A DNA stretch of 48,467 nucleotides from Candidatus Sericytochromatia bacterium. GTDB lineage: Bacteria > Cyanobacteriota > Sericytochromatia > S15B-MN24 > UBA4093. The notes below the pieces were generated by a model. It worked only from the letters and a program-made list of their open reading frames with translations. It had not been told where the DNA came from and ran no database searches. This document shows, in pieces, positions 17,845-32,175 of the stretch. The position numbers and the translations under genes are program-made. Where the stretch lies: positions 1 through 48,467 of the forward strand of contig JAKFBU010000063.1 of the NCBI GenBank assembly GCA_036676985.1, given 5' to 3'. Numbering within the stretch: position 1 is the first letter of the stretch; every line of letters begins with the position of its first letter.

Positions 17845-17858
17845 TTGAATATGTGTTT

Positions 17859-17887
17859 AATATATCACCCGTAACAGCGGGTGTCAA
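17859..17887 (-). promoter_or_regulatory. Sigma70 promoter of tRNA-Gln
   Basis: TTGACA-N17-TATATT. Confidence 0.8.
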
Positions 17888-18015
17888 CTCCCCCCAGGGG
17901 GCCCCCAGCAGCATTCAGCCCGCCTTACGCCCGAAGGCCGCCCAGCCGCGCCATTCGGACCCCTGACCCGGTCGCCGAGTGCGACCCCATCCCGTTCGTG
18001 AGGAGTACCCGCCCA

Positions 18016-18024
18016 TGATATAAT
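18016..18024 (+). promoter_or_regulatory. Extended -10 promoter of gyrA
   Basis: TGaTATAAT about 60 nt upstream of the start. Confidence 0.6.
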
Positions 18025-18083
18025 GAAGGCACCTCTCCCGCGTTTTGGGGGAGTTTCCCACACGTCCCTGGATGGAGGCCCTC

Positions 18084-20564
<2,481 letters not shown>

Positions 20565-20566
20565 TC

Positions 20567-20845
20567 GTGGACAACAGCTACAACGCGTTCAACTTCGATC
20601 CGTTCCAGACCAGCTACGGGTTCGAACTGCCCCAAGACTTTGCTCAGCCGCAAGCGGTTAGCAACCGCCCGACCCTGGGCATGATTCTCGTGGAAGCAGG
20701 GGTCCTCTCGGACGAGCAACTCGGACAGATCGTCCAGACCCAGTACGAGCAGCAGGTGCCGCTCGTGCAGGTGTTGCTCGAGGGGGGCTTCGCGACCCAG
20801 GAGCAGGTGCTCGAAGCCCTGCGCGCCCGTCCCCAGTACGGCTAA
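20567..20845 (+). CDS. Small stand-alone MshEN-like protein
   Basis: TLGMILVEAGVLSDEQLGQIVQTQ-x5-PLVQVLLEGGFATQEQVLEAL tandem motif. Confidence 0.75.
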   Translation: MDNSYNAFNFDPFQTSYGFELPQDFAQPQAVSNRPTLGMILVEAGVLSDEQLGQIVQTQYEQQVPLVQVLLEGGFATQEQVLEALRARPQYG

Positions 20846-20856
20846 AGGCGAGATTT

Positions 20857-21657
20857 GTGACGACGACGAACGAAGAAACCATGGCCTCCCAGGAACCGGG
20901 TTCTCCCACCATCAAGCGGGCGGTCGGCCTCAAGGTCGGTAGCCTCACCGACGTGGGCCGCGTCCGCGAGATCAACCAGGACAGCCTGACGGCGGATCCC
21001 GAGCGCGGGCTCTTCATCGTCGCCGACGGGATGGGCGGCCACTTGGCGGGCGAAAAGGCCTCCATGAGCGCCGTCGAGACCATCGGCGGCTGCCTGACGT
21101 GCGAGGCCATGGACCAGGCCCCCGACGGCGACCTCCTGGCCGTCATCCAGGACGCCATCCAGGCGGCCAACCGCATCATCGTCCAGGCCTCCCTGCAGGA
21201 CGCGTCCATGCGCGGGATGGGCACCACCGCCACGGTGGCCGTCACCACCGAGACGAGCGTGTACCTGGGCCACATCGGCGACAGCCGAGCCTACCTCATG
21301 AGCGCGGACGCCATCGAGCAGGTGACCGAGGACCACTCGGTCGTCGCCCAGCTTCTGCGCGCCCGGGCCATCACCCCGCAGGAGGCGCAGCGCCACCCCT
21401 ACCGCAACGTCATCACCAAGTGCCTCGGCATGCAGATGGAAGTCGAGGCCGACACCCGGCTGGTCGCCTGGAACCCGGGCGATCGCCTCTTGCTCTGCAG
21501 CGACGGCCTCTCGGGGCTGGTGGCGGACGAGGAGATGCTCGCGGTGGTCAACGAGATCGCCGAGCCGCAAGCGGCCTGCGAGCGCCTGGTGGCCATGGCC
21601 AACGAGCGGGGCGGATACGACAACATCACCGTCATCCTCCTCCAGAACGTCGTCTAG
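20857..21657 (+). CDS. PP2C-family Ser/Thr phosphatase (Stp1/PrpC-like)
   Basis: TDVGRVREINQD, VADGMGGH, GMGTT, HIGDSRAY, LLCSDGL, GGYDNIT; start may be ATG 20881. Confidence 0.95.
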   Translation: MTTTNEETMASQEPGSPTIKRAVGLKVGSLTDVGRVREINQDSLTADPERGLFIVADGMGGHLAGEKASMSAVETIGGCLTCEAMDQAPDGDLLAVIQDAIQAANRIIVQASLQDASMRGMGTTATVAVTTETSVYLGHIGDSRAYLMSADAIEQVTEDHSVVAQLLRARAITPQEAQRHPYRNVITKCLGMQMEVEADTRLVAWNPGDRLLLCSDGLSGLVADEEMLAVVNEIAEPQAACERLVAMANERGGYDNITVILLQNVV

Positions 21658-21682
21658 CCGCGGCTAGGCGCGGACTCCTCCG

Positions 21683-23875
<2,193 letters not shown>

Positions 23876-23895
23876 ACGCTTCGCAGCGACTGGCC

Positions 23896-23921
23896 GGCCC
23901 GCCTCGTAGGCGGGCCTTTTT
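23896..23921 (+). terminator. Intrinsic terminator
   Basis: GGCCCGCCT-CGT-AGGCGGGCC followed by TTTTT. Confidence 0.85.
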
Positions 23922-24047
23922 GATGATCCATGAAACGATGCATCGCTCCATTAACATTGATTGCGTAAATCTCTCGCTTCTGGGAATAAGACAAGCGGAC
24001 GGATAGCTCGATAGGGTGTTTCGATGGTCGAGCGAAGAGGAGGTCCC

Positions 24048-27000
24048 GTGACTCGCCCGTTTGCTCGTTTTGGCTTGGCCTGGTTTGCAGTCGTACTGCT
24101 ACTGTCGGGCTGTCTGAAACCCCTCGTGACGGGGAGTCCCACGACTCCAGCGCTGACTTCCGGGCGCCATGTCGCCGACCTCGCGGCTCCGCCGCCCATC
24201 GTCGGTCAGGTGGAAAGTGTCCGATACCGGACCCAGGCGTCGGAGATCAAGGACATCGCGGCGGGCTCGACCGTCTCCTTGATCGACACCGCGACCAACC
24301 ACACGCTCTACACGACCGTCACCAACGAAACGGGCGGCTTCAAGATCGCGTTCACGCGGGACTTCGTCCCGGATCCCTCCAAGGTCTTCTATCTCGAGGC
24401 CTACAAGGGCCTGCCCCAGAACGGCACGCCCAATCGTGCCGGCGTTAGCATGGCGCGCGTCCGGACGCTCATCCACTTCGACGGCAGCGTCTGGAAGCAC
24501 CTGTATCCTACCGACAGCATCCGGATCAGCCTCTCGAGCACCGCCCTCTCGATCATCACGAGCCTGCGAGCCGCGGCTCCCGAGACCCGAGTCGATCCCA
24601 TGACCCTCATGGGGTCGGTCGACTTGCTCGAGGCCTTCGCTCCCGGCTCGAGCGGCGTGACGAATGACGAGTTCGTGACGGTTCGCAACCAGGTGAGCCA
24701 GAGCTTGCAGGGCGATCAGGACCCGCTCTACCGCATCACCTACGACCTGGCGTCGCGCAACTACTTCCTCGTCGAGCGGGGCATCGAGATCTCGAGCGTG
24801 CAGCCCCTGTCGGGTCCCATCGGCACGACCGTGACGATCCAGGGCTCGAACCTGGGCACCGACCCCATCGTGCGCTTCAACGGCGCGGTCGCCACGTCGT
24901 CGGTCAACGGCGTCTCCTCGGTCATCACGACGACGGTTCCCCGCGGCTCGTCCAGCGGCCCGGTGACGGTCCAGGTGGGCGACATCGTGTTCAACGGCGC
25001 CAACTTCGCCGTCAGCCCCTGGGACGGCCACAACGTCTGGGACTCGTCCAACAACATGTACGTCTCGAGCTCGCGGGACCATCGCATCTACCGCTTCGAC
25101 CCGAGCGGCAACGCGACGGTGTTCGCCACTGGCGGCCTGCTCAACTATCCGCGGGGCCTGGTGGTGGATGCCCAGAACAACGTCTACGTGGCCAACTGGG
25201 ACGGCAACAACATCCTCAAGATCGATCCGAGCGGCAGCGTCTCGGTCTATGCGACCGGCGGCGGCTTGAACAGGCCGATCGCCCTGGCCTTGAATGGGCA
25301 AGGCGACCTGTTCATCGCCAACCACAACTCCCACAACATCCTCAAGGTCGCGAGCGGCAGCGCCACGCCCACCACGTTCGCCACCAGCGCCAACTTCTCG
25401 AGTCCGTGGGGCCTCGCCTTCGACTCGAAGGGCGACCTCTACTCCTCTCAGCGCTACAACGGCACCATCCAGAAGATCGCCCCCGACGGCACCGTCACCC
25501 AGTTCGCGGCGGGACTCTCCGAGCCGGGGACCCTCGCGTTCGACAGCTCCGACAACCTCTACATCCCGTGCTACGCCACGCACAACGTCTTCAAGATCAC
25601 TCCCCAGGGCGGCTACAGCGTCTTCACGTCCATGCCCAACTACCCGGGCTGGGCCGCCATGAACCCCGACGGCACCCTGTACGTGGGCTCGTATCTCTAC
25701 AACTACATCGCCAAGGTCAGTCGCGACGCCCGGGTCACCGACTACTACTCGAGCGGGCACCTGACCTGGTCCATCAAGTCCAATCCCGCCAACCAGGACC
25801 TCTACGTCGCGAGCGGCTGGGGTTGGGGCTACCGGACCAAGGCCGTCTACCACATGGCCCGCAACGCGGGCGCCACGGACACGGACGGCTACAACCCGCC
25901 GGTGCCCGTGATCAAGGACCTCCCCAACCCGAGCGCCATCGACTACGTCGACCCGACGACCATGTTCGTCGGCGACTGGGGGGGCTTCATCTTCCGGGCC
26001 AACCCCACGACGGGCGCCTACAGCACCTACGCCGCCAACCTCGGCGCCATCGGCGACATCACCCACGACTCGTCCGGCAACGTGTACGCCGCGGGCTGGG
26101 GCAACCACAATATCTACCACTTCTCCGGAAACTCGCTGTCCAGGCGCCTCGGCAACTTCTGGTACCTGAACAACGCGACCTTCGGGCCGGACGGCTACAT
26201 GTACGTCCCGGACTACTGGCAGGGCAAGGTCCTCCGGGTCTCGCCCCAGGGAGTCGTGACCACCTACTCCGACAACGGCGGGTCGGGCTTCAGCAACCCG
26301 CACGGCGTCACGTTCGACACCGCGGGCAACCTCTACGTCTCCTCGTGGGGGGGTGACCGGATCTACAAGGTCGCCACGGGCAGCATGGCCGTCAGCACCT
26401 ACGCCACGGGCATGCGCGACCCCAACGGCCTCGCGTTCGATACCGCGGGCAACCTCTTTGTCTCCAACTACGACGACTCGACCATCAAGAAGATCCCGCC
26501 CGGAGGCGGGTCGTCCACCAACCTGGCCACGGGCCTGAACAACCCGCGCGGCCTCGCCATCAACCCGGCGGACGGCACGCTGTACGCCCCGGCGTGGAAC
26601 GGGACCGTCTACAAGGTCACGAGCGCCGGCGCCGTCTCGACCTACGCCACGGGACTCGGCAACTGCATGCAGGCGTTCCTGGACACGGACGGCAACCTTT
26701 TGGTCGCAAGCTACGGCGATCGCGCCATCTACGTCATCCCGCCCGGCGGCGGTACGCCCAGCGAGTCCTTCACCTTACCCATCCGCATCGGCGGGGCGTT
26801 GAAGGATGCGGCCGGCAACCTCTACGCCCTCACCTGGGATGCCCCGAACATCTACCGGATCGACAACGGCAGCAGCCGCTACCGCCTCTGGGCCTCCGGC
26901 CTGCGGACGCCTGGCGGACTGGCGCTCGATCCTGGCGAGACGACCCTTTACGTGGCGGACTTCGACAACTACGTCGTCAACAAGGTGGATCTGACCACCG

Positions 27001-27350
27001 GGGCCATCTCGATCGCCTCGCAGACCGAAGACTGGGGCATCGGTCGCGAGGAGCTCAAGGGCATCACCTTCGGCTCGGACGGCAAGCTCTACGTCTCGGC
27101 ATGGGGAGGCGGCATCTTCCAGCTCGATACCAGCCTCATCAACCCGAACAACGGCGCAGGCGCCGTCCGCTACGGCAACAACACCTCCGGCAACGGCATC
27201 CTGGGCGGCATCGCCTTCGGCGCCAACGGCAACCTCTACGGCACCACCTGGGACTGGACCAACAACGGGTCGGCCGCCGTCACCACGATCCCCGCGGGCG
27301 GACTGAACGGAACCCCCCTGCGGAATTTCCCCAACCGGATTGGATTCTAA
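24048..27350 (+). CDS. Large lipoprotein with IPT/TIG domain and many NHL/SMP-30-like beta-propeller repeats
   Basis: Lipobox LSG-C; IPT (PLSGPIGTTVTIQGSNL...SSGPVTV); repeated PxGLAFDxxGNLYV; GTG after AGGAGG. Confidence 0.9.
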   Translation: MTRPFARFGLAWFAVVLLLSGCLKPLVTGSPTTPALTSGRHVADLAAPPPIVGQVESVRYRTQASEIKDIAAGSTVSLIDTATNHTLYTTVTNETGGFKIAFTRDFVPDPSKVFYLEAYKGLPQNGTPNRAGVSMARVRTLIHFDGSVWKHLYPTDSIRISLSSTALSIITSLRAAAPETRVDPMTLMGSVDLLEAFAPGSSGVTNDEFVTVRNQVSQSLQGDQDPLYRITYDLASRNYFLVERGIEISSVQPLSGPIGTTVTIQGSNLGTDPIVRFNGAVATSSVNGVSSVITTTVPRGSSSGPVTVQVGDIVFNGANFAVSPWDGHNVWDSSNNMYVSSSRDHRIYRFDPSGNATVFATGGLLNYPRGLVVDAQNNVYVANWDGNNILKIDPSGSVSVYATGGGLNRPIALALNGQGDLFIANHNSHNILKVASGSATPTTFATSANFSSPWGLAFDSKGDLYSSQRYNGTIQKIAPDGTVTQFAAGLSEPGTLAFDSSDNLYIPCYATHNVFKITPQGGYSVFTSMPNYPGWAAMNPDGTLYVGSYLYNYIAKVSRDARVTDYYSSGHLTWSIKSNPANQDLYVASGWGWGYRTKAVYHMARNAGATDTDGYNPPVPVIKDLPNPSAIDYVDPTTMFVGDWGGFIFRANPTTGAYSTYAANLGAIGDITHDSSGNVYAAGWGNHNIYHFSGNSLSRRLGNFWYLNNATFGPDGYMYVPDYWQGKVLRVSPQGVVTTYSDNGGSGFSNPHGVTFDTAGNLYVSSWGGDRIYKVATGSMAVSTYATGMRDPNGLAFDTAGNLFVSNYDDSTIKKIPPGGGSSTNLATGLNNPRGLAINPADGTLYAPAWNGTVYKVTSAGAVSTYATGLGNCMQAFLDTDGNLLVASYGDRAIYVIPPGGGTPSESFTLPIRIGGALKDAAGNLYALTWDAPNIYRIDNGSSRYRLWASGLRTPGGLALDPGETTLYVADFDNYVVNKVDLTTGAISIASQTEDWGIGREELKGITFGSDGKLYVSAWGGGIFQLDTSLINPNNGAGAVRYGNNTSGNGILGGIAFGANGNLYGTTWDWTNNGSAAVTTIPAGGLNGTPLRNFPNRIGF

Positions 27351-27351
27351 G

Positions 27352-27729
27352 ATGGCTCAGCGCTCTCTCTCGCTCCTCACTTCCGGTCTCACCCTGGGCC
27401 TGACCCTCCTGTTGGGCTGCGCGCCCGAGGAGGAGGGCACGCCCGTGGTCGGGCGTCCCAAGAACGCGACCCCCACCCCCGTGGCGGTCCAGAAGAACGA
27501 CGAACAGCTGAAGGGCGGCATCAAGGACAACGCCGATACGAACGGCATTGCCGGCACGCCGACCAATCCGCCGGACCCCGAGCCTGAGGCACTTCCGACG
27601 TGGAAGCCGTCGCCGCCGCCCTCCTTGGCCCCCGTCATCGTGGCGCCAAGCCAGGATCCGACCGGCGAGCAGACGGAGGGCACCACCGATCCGTCCGCGG
27701 ACCCGGGCGACGTTGAGGAGGCTGTGTAG
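27352..27729 (+). CDS. Small Pro/acidic-rich lipoprotein
   Basis: Lipobox LLG-C; fits tightly between the two large paralogues. Confidence 0.75.
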   Translation: MAQRSLSLLTSGLTLGLTLLLGCAPEEEGTPVVGRPKNATPTPVAVQKNDEQLKGGIKDNADTNGIAGTPTNPPDPEPEALPTWKPSPPPSLAPVIVAPSQDPTGEQTEGTTDPSADPGDVEEAV

Positions 27730-30700
27730 ATGAGCCTGTCCATCACTCGAACTCTGGTGCTCCTCGCAACCGCATGCCTTATGCTCAGCGGCTGCATCAA
27801 GCCCCTCGTCGGAACGCCCCTCGGCAACACGGGCGCGGGCCAGCTCCCGTGGGCAGACGCCGCGAGCATTCCCGCCTTGAAGGGACGCATCAAACCCCTG
27901 CAGTACCGGACGCAGGCCACGTTCACGGAGATCGGCGTGGGCGCCACTGTCTCCTTGATCGACACCGTCACCAACATCACCAACGCGAGCACCATCTCGG
28001 ACGAGAACGGCTCCTTTCAGCTCGGCAACCTCAAGATCACGCCGGGGCGCACCTACTACCTTGAAGCCACCAAGGGCCTGCCCGTGGGGGGGGATCCCAA
28101 CCGTGCCGGCAACCCCGCGGCCCGCATCCGCACCATCGTCCAGTTCGTCACGGGCTCCGGTTGGACCAGCCTGAGCGGCCCGGCGGTGACCATCGACGAG
28201 GGCACCACGGCCCTGTCGGTCATCCTGAGCCTGCGATCGGCGACCGTTCCCCGGCCCGACGAGGCCCAACTGCTGGGATCCCTGACCATCGGGACCCCGG
28301 ACGTCTTCACGCCCAGCGGCAACGTCTCGCTGGCCGAGTACGACCAGGTGGAGGACTTCGTCCTCGCGGCCATCGGCACGGACAACGATCCCCTGGCCGT
28401 CATCACCTACGACACGGCCTCCCAGAACTACTACCTGGCCCAGAAGGGCATCCAGGTCACGGGCGTCAGCCCCGTCCGCGGCACCATCGGATCCACGGTC
28501 CGCATCGAGGGCTCCAGCCTCAGCAACACCCCGGTGGTGCGCTTCAACGGCACGGTGGCCGCTGCCATCTCGGTCAACAGCATCCAGACCGTGGTCCTGG
28601 CCCAGGTCCCGGCCGGCGCCACCAGCGGGCCCTTGACGGTTCAGGTGGGGACCCTCGTTTACAACGGCGCCAACTTTGCCGTCGAGAACTGGGACGGTCA
28701 CAACGTCTTCGATCGCGCGGGCAACCTCTACGTGGCGAGTTACCGCGACAACGCCATCTGGCGCTTCGCCCCGGACGGCACCGCCACCATCGCGGCCTCG
28801 AGCTCGGTGTTCAACAACCCCCGCGGCATCGTGATCGACGCCTGGGACAACCTCTACGTCACGAGCTACAACGGCCACAAGATCTTCCAGGTCCGTCCCA
28901 ACGGCGAGATCGCGGAGTACGCCTCGGGCGGCCTGAACCGTCCCTGGGGTCTGGCCATCAACCCGGCGGGCGACCTGTTCGTGGCCTCGTACAGCGGTGA
29001 CCAGATCTTCCGCATCGCGACGGGCAGCGCCCTGCCCATCACGCCGACCGTGTATCCCACCACGGGACTCTCCGGTCCCTCGCGCCTGGCCTTCGACATG
29101 GCGGGCTACCTGTACGTCTCCAACTGGGACAATGGCACCATCGCCCGCGTGGCGCCCGACGGAACCACCGAGACGCTGGCCGCGGGCCTTAGCAATCCCG
29201 GCGGCGTGGCCCTCGACAGCTTCGGCAACGTCTACGTGGGGGCCCACGGCAACCATCGCGTCTACAAGATCTCGCCGAGCGGCCAGATGGCGGTGCTGGG
29301 CAACACCTCCGACTACGAGGACTCGGTGGCCTTCCATCCGGACGGCACGCTCTACGTCGCGGGCTACGGATATCCCTACATCGCCCGGATGGATCTCACC
29401 GGCCGCGTCCTCGGCTACCACTCGCCGGGTCACCTGCCCTACTCGCTGGCGTCGGACAACACGGGCAACCTGTACGTGACGAGCGGCCAAGGCTGGGGCA
29501 GCCGGGCGGGGATCGTCACCAAGGCCACCTGGAACGCGGCCTCGGGATCCTACGACCCGCTCCGGAACCTCGTGACCGGGCTGCCCAACCCGAGTGCCCT
29601 GGCGTTCGATAACAACGGCGACCTGCTGATCGGCGACTGGACCGGCCTGCTCTTCCGCGCCAACCCGAACACGGGCGCCTACTCCACCTACGCCGCGGGC
29701 CTCGGGGCCATCGGCGACCTATCGGTTGCCTCCGACGGCACGGTCTACGTCGCGAGCTGGGGCGATCACCGGGTCCACCAGGTCCAGGGCGGTACCCGGA
29801 CCAAAAGCTGGGCGACCTACTACAACTGGGGCACCATCGTGAAGGGGCCGGACGGCGCCTACTACATCTCGGACCACAGCTACAACCAGATCCTCCGCCT
29901 GGCGAACGGGACCATGTCCATCTACAAGTCGGGCTTCGACTTCGGCAACCCCATGGGCATCGCCTTCGACTCGGCCGGCCACATGTACGTGGCGGGCTGG
30001 AACAACGACCGCATCTACAAGGTCGAGGCCGGCACCAAGAACGTGACGACCTACAAGTCCGGCATCGACGCGCCGGGGGCCATGGCGTTCGACGCCAGCG
30101 ACAACCTGTACGTCGCCGAGAACAACGCCAACCGCGTCCGCATGGTCGCGACGAGCAGCCTGGCCCTCACCACCTACGTGGACATGCCCACCAGCGTGCG
30201 CGCCCTGGTGCGGGACGACGTGACGGGCGACCTCTACGTGGGCGGCTACGGCGACCAGACCCTCTACAAGGTCGACGGCACCACCCAGGCGATCACGGCC
30301 CTCGAGTCGCTGGGCGGCAGCATCTGGAACCTGAGCCGCGACACGACCACGGGCGACCTGTACGCCGCCTGTTACAGCAACGACAGCGTCGTGAAGGTCC
30401 CGGCCGGCGGCGGCAGCAGCTCGCTTGTCACGACGTCGCTCGGGTCGCCGACCGGCGTCCTCCGGGACGGCAACAAGACCATCGTCTGCCGCTGGAACGG
30501 CATCGGCGTCTACGAGTTCACGGACGGCTCGCCCACCTCGCGCATCATCGGGTCGGGCTTCTGGAACCCGTCGGGCATCATCGTGGACAAGACGGACGAG
30601 CGCTACGTGTACGTGGCCGACTGGAACACGGGCTCCCTGGTCAAGCTCGACACCGTGGGCGACACCTGGGCCGTGGTGGCCGACTCCGTGGACTGGCTGC

Positions 30701-31023
30701 GGGGCCGCAACGTCTCGAAGGGCATGACATGGGGGTCCGACAACCGCCTCTACGTCCAGAATTGGGGGGGCGGCACCTACAAGCTCGACATGAGCCAGGT
30801 GAATCGCCTGAACGGCAACGGCGTCACCTTCTACGGCGGCAACACCTCGACCATGGGCATCCTGGGGGGCATCGCCTTCGGCCCCAACGGCGTCCTCTAT
30901 GGCACCAGCTGGGACTGGATGCGCGGCAGCTCCACGGTCATTGTCGGCCTGCCCCCGGGCGGCCTTGGCAGCGGGGTCGCCGGCATCCCGGTCAACGTCT
31001 GGCCGAACTGGGTGTCCTTCTAG
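27730..31023 (+). CDS. Large IPT/NHL lipoprotein, paralogue of 24048-27350
   Basis: Lipobox LSG-C; colinear similarity over the whole length. Confidence 0.9.
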   Translation: MSLSITRTLVLLATACLMLSGCIKPLVGTPLGNTGAGQLPWADAASIPALKGRIKPLQYRTQATFTEIGVGATVSLIDTVTNITNASTISDENGSFQLGNLKITPGRTYYLEATKGLPVGGDPNRAGNPAARIRTIVQFVTGSGWTSLSGPAVTIDEGTTALSVILSLRSATVPRPDEAQLLGSLTIGTPDVFTPSGNVSLAEYDQVEDFVLAAIGTDNDPLAVITYDTASQNYYLAQKGIQVTGVSPVRGTIGSTVRIEGSSLSNTPVVRFNGTVAAAISVNSIQTVVLAQVPAGATSGPLTVQVGTLVYNGANFAVENWDGHNVFDRAGNLYVASYRDNAIWRFAPDGTATIAASSSVFNNPRGIVIDAWDNLYVTSYNGHKIFQVRPNGEIAEYASGGLNRPWGLAINPAGDLFVASYSGDQIFRIATGSALPITPTVYPTTGLSGPSRLAFDMAGYLYVSNWDNGTIARVAPDGTTETLAAGLSNPGGVALDSFGNVYVGAHGNHRVYKISPSGQMAVLGNTSDYEDSVAFHPDGTLYVAGYGYPYIARMDLTGRVLGYHSPGHLPYSLASDNTGNLYVTSGQGWGSRAGIVTKATWNAASGSYDPLRNLVTGLPNPSALAFDNNGDLLIGDWTGLLFRANPNTGAYSTYAAGLGAIGDLSVASDGTVYVASWGDHRVHQVQGGTRTKSWATYYNWGTIVKGPDGAYYISDHSYNQILRLANGTMSIYKSGFDFGNPMGIAFDSAGHMYVAGWNNDRIYKVEAGTKNVTTYKSGIDAPGAMAFDASDNLYVAENNANRVRMVATSSLALTTYVDMPTSVRALVRDDVTGDLYVGGYGDQTLYKVDGTTQAITALESLGGSIWNLSRDTTTGDLYAACYSNDSVVKVPAGGGSSSLVTTSLGSPTGVLRDGNKTIVCRWNGIGVYEFTDGSPTSRIIGSGFWNPSGIIVDKTDERYVYVADWNTGSLVKLDTVGDTWAVVADSVDWLRGRNVSKGMTWGSDNRLYVQNWGGGTYKLDMSQVNRLNGNGVTFYGGNTSTMGILGGIAFGPNGVLYGTSWDWMRGSSTVIVGLPPGGLGSGVAGIPVNVWPNWVSF

Positions 31024-31144
31024 CCGATGCGGGGCCGCTTCGGCGGTCCCGCATCGCCGCTTCGGCGCGCCGTCCGGGCCCGGGCGATCGTGGTAACATG
31101 GCGAACGCCCCGATCGGCCGTTGCCACGGGGAAGGAGGCCACCC

Positions 31145-31999
31145 GTGCTGATCAAACGCCACACCCTCACGAGCCTGCGCCAGAAGAAGGAGCGCCGCGA
31201 GCCCATCGTCGCCTTGACGGCGTACGACTACGCCACGGCGATCGCCGTCGACCAGTCCGGCGTGGACCTCATCCTGGTCGGAGACAGCCTCGGGCCGGTG
31301 GTCCTCGGCTACCCCACCACCCTGCCCGTGACCATGGACGACATGCTCCACCACGCCCGGGCCGTGGCCCGCGGCACCCACCGCTGCTTCGTCGTCGCGG
31401 ACATGCCCTTCATGGCGGACGCCACCCGCGAGGAGGCGCTCAAGAACGCCGGGCGCTTCCTCAAGGAGGCGGGCGTCCAGGCCGTCAAGCTCGAGGGCGG
31501 CCACGATCCGCAGCTGGAAGCAATCCGCGACCTGGTGGCCCACGGCATTCCCGTGGTGGCGCATCTCGGCTTCACGCCCCAGCACGTGCACCAGCTGGGC
31601 GGCTTCAAGATCCAGGGCAAGACCGCGGAGGCCGCCGACGAGCTCATGCGCCAGGCGCTGGCCGTCGAGGCGGCCGGAGCCAGCCTCCTGGTCCTCGAGC
31701 TCGTGCCCGGGGAGGTGGCCGGACGGATCACGCGCGCGCTCTCGATCCCGACCATCGGCATCGGCGCGGGCGAGGAGTGCGACGGCCAGATCCAGGTCTT
31801 CCACGATCTGGTGGGCCTGCACGTGGATCACCTGCCCAAGCACGCCCGACGCTACGCCAACGTCCACGACGTCCTGAGCCGGGCGATCGCGTCCTACGCC
31901 AAGGACGTGAGGACCGGTCGGTTCTTCTCGGAGGGCCCCTCCTACGCGTCCGAAAGGCCCGCCAACACGGGAATTGACAGTCAAGGGGCCATTGATTAG
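31145..31999 (+). CDS. panB: 3-methyl-2-oxobutanoate hydroxymethyltransferase
   Basis: LTAYD, ILVGDSLG, VADMPF, VKLEGG, PTIGIGAG, DGQIQV; AAGGAGG RBS before GTG. Confidence 0.96.
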   Translation: MLIKRHTLTSLRQKKERREPIVALTAYDYATAIAVDQSGVDLILVGDSLGPVVLGYPTTLPVTMDDMLHHARAVARGTHRCFVVADMPFMADATREEALKNAGRFLKEAGVQAVKLEGGHDPQLEAIRDLVAHGIPVVAHLGFTPQHVHQLGGFKIQGKTAEAADELMRQALAVEAAGASLLVLELVPGEVAGRITRALSIPTIGIGAGEECDGQIQVFHDLVGLHVDHLPKHARRYANVHDVLSRAIASYAKDVRTGRFFSEGPSYASERPANTGIDSQGAID

Positions 32000-32002
32000 A
32001 AT
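31974..32002 (+). promoter_or_regulatory. Sigma70 promoter of gdhA
   Basis: TTGACA-N17-TAGAAT. Confidence 0.8.
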
Positions 32003-32175
32003 TGGCTCGACGCAGGCGTTACAACGGCGTGACGCCCCCGGCTTCAACGAGGAGGTAGCCGCCAAGCGAAATCGAACGGATCCGCCCCTTGGATCGTTCG
32101 TTCACGCGGGTCAACGACCCGCCCTCCCCGTGCAACCGCCCCCTGTCGGGTACCCCCGAATATATAGGACGTTCA

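Noticed and set aside
24048-31023. Recurrent GGCAACCTCTACGT-like DNA repeats suggesting a CRISPR or tandem array
   Set aside because: They encode the GNLYV motif of propeller blades; degenerate, in frame and irregularly spaced
32090-32125. Glutamine (glnA) riboswitch in the gdhA leader
   Set aside because: CGTTCA is present but the conserved GACGGAAG and GAAGGAACG segments are missing
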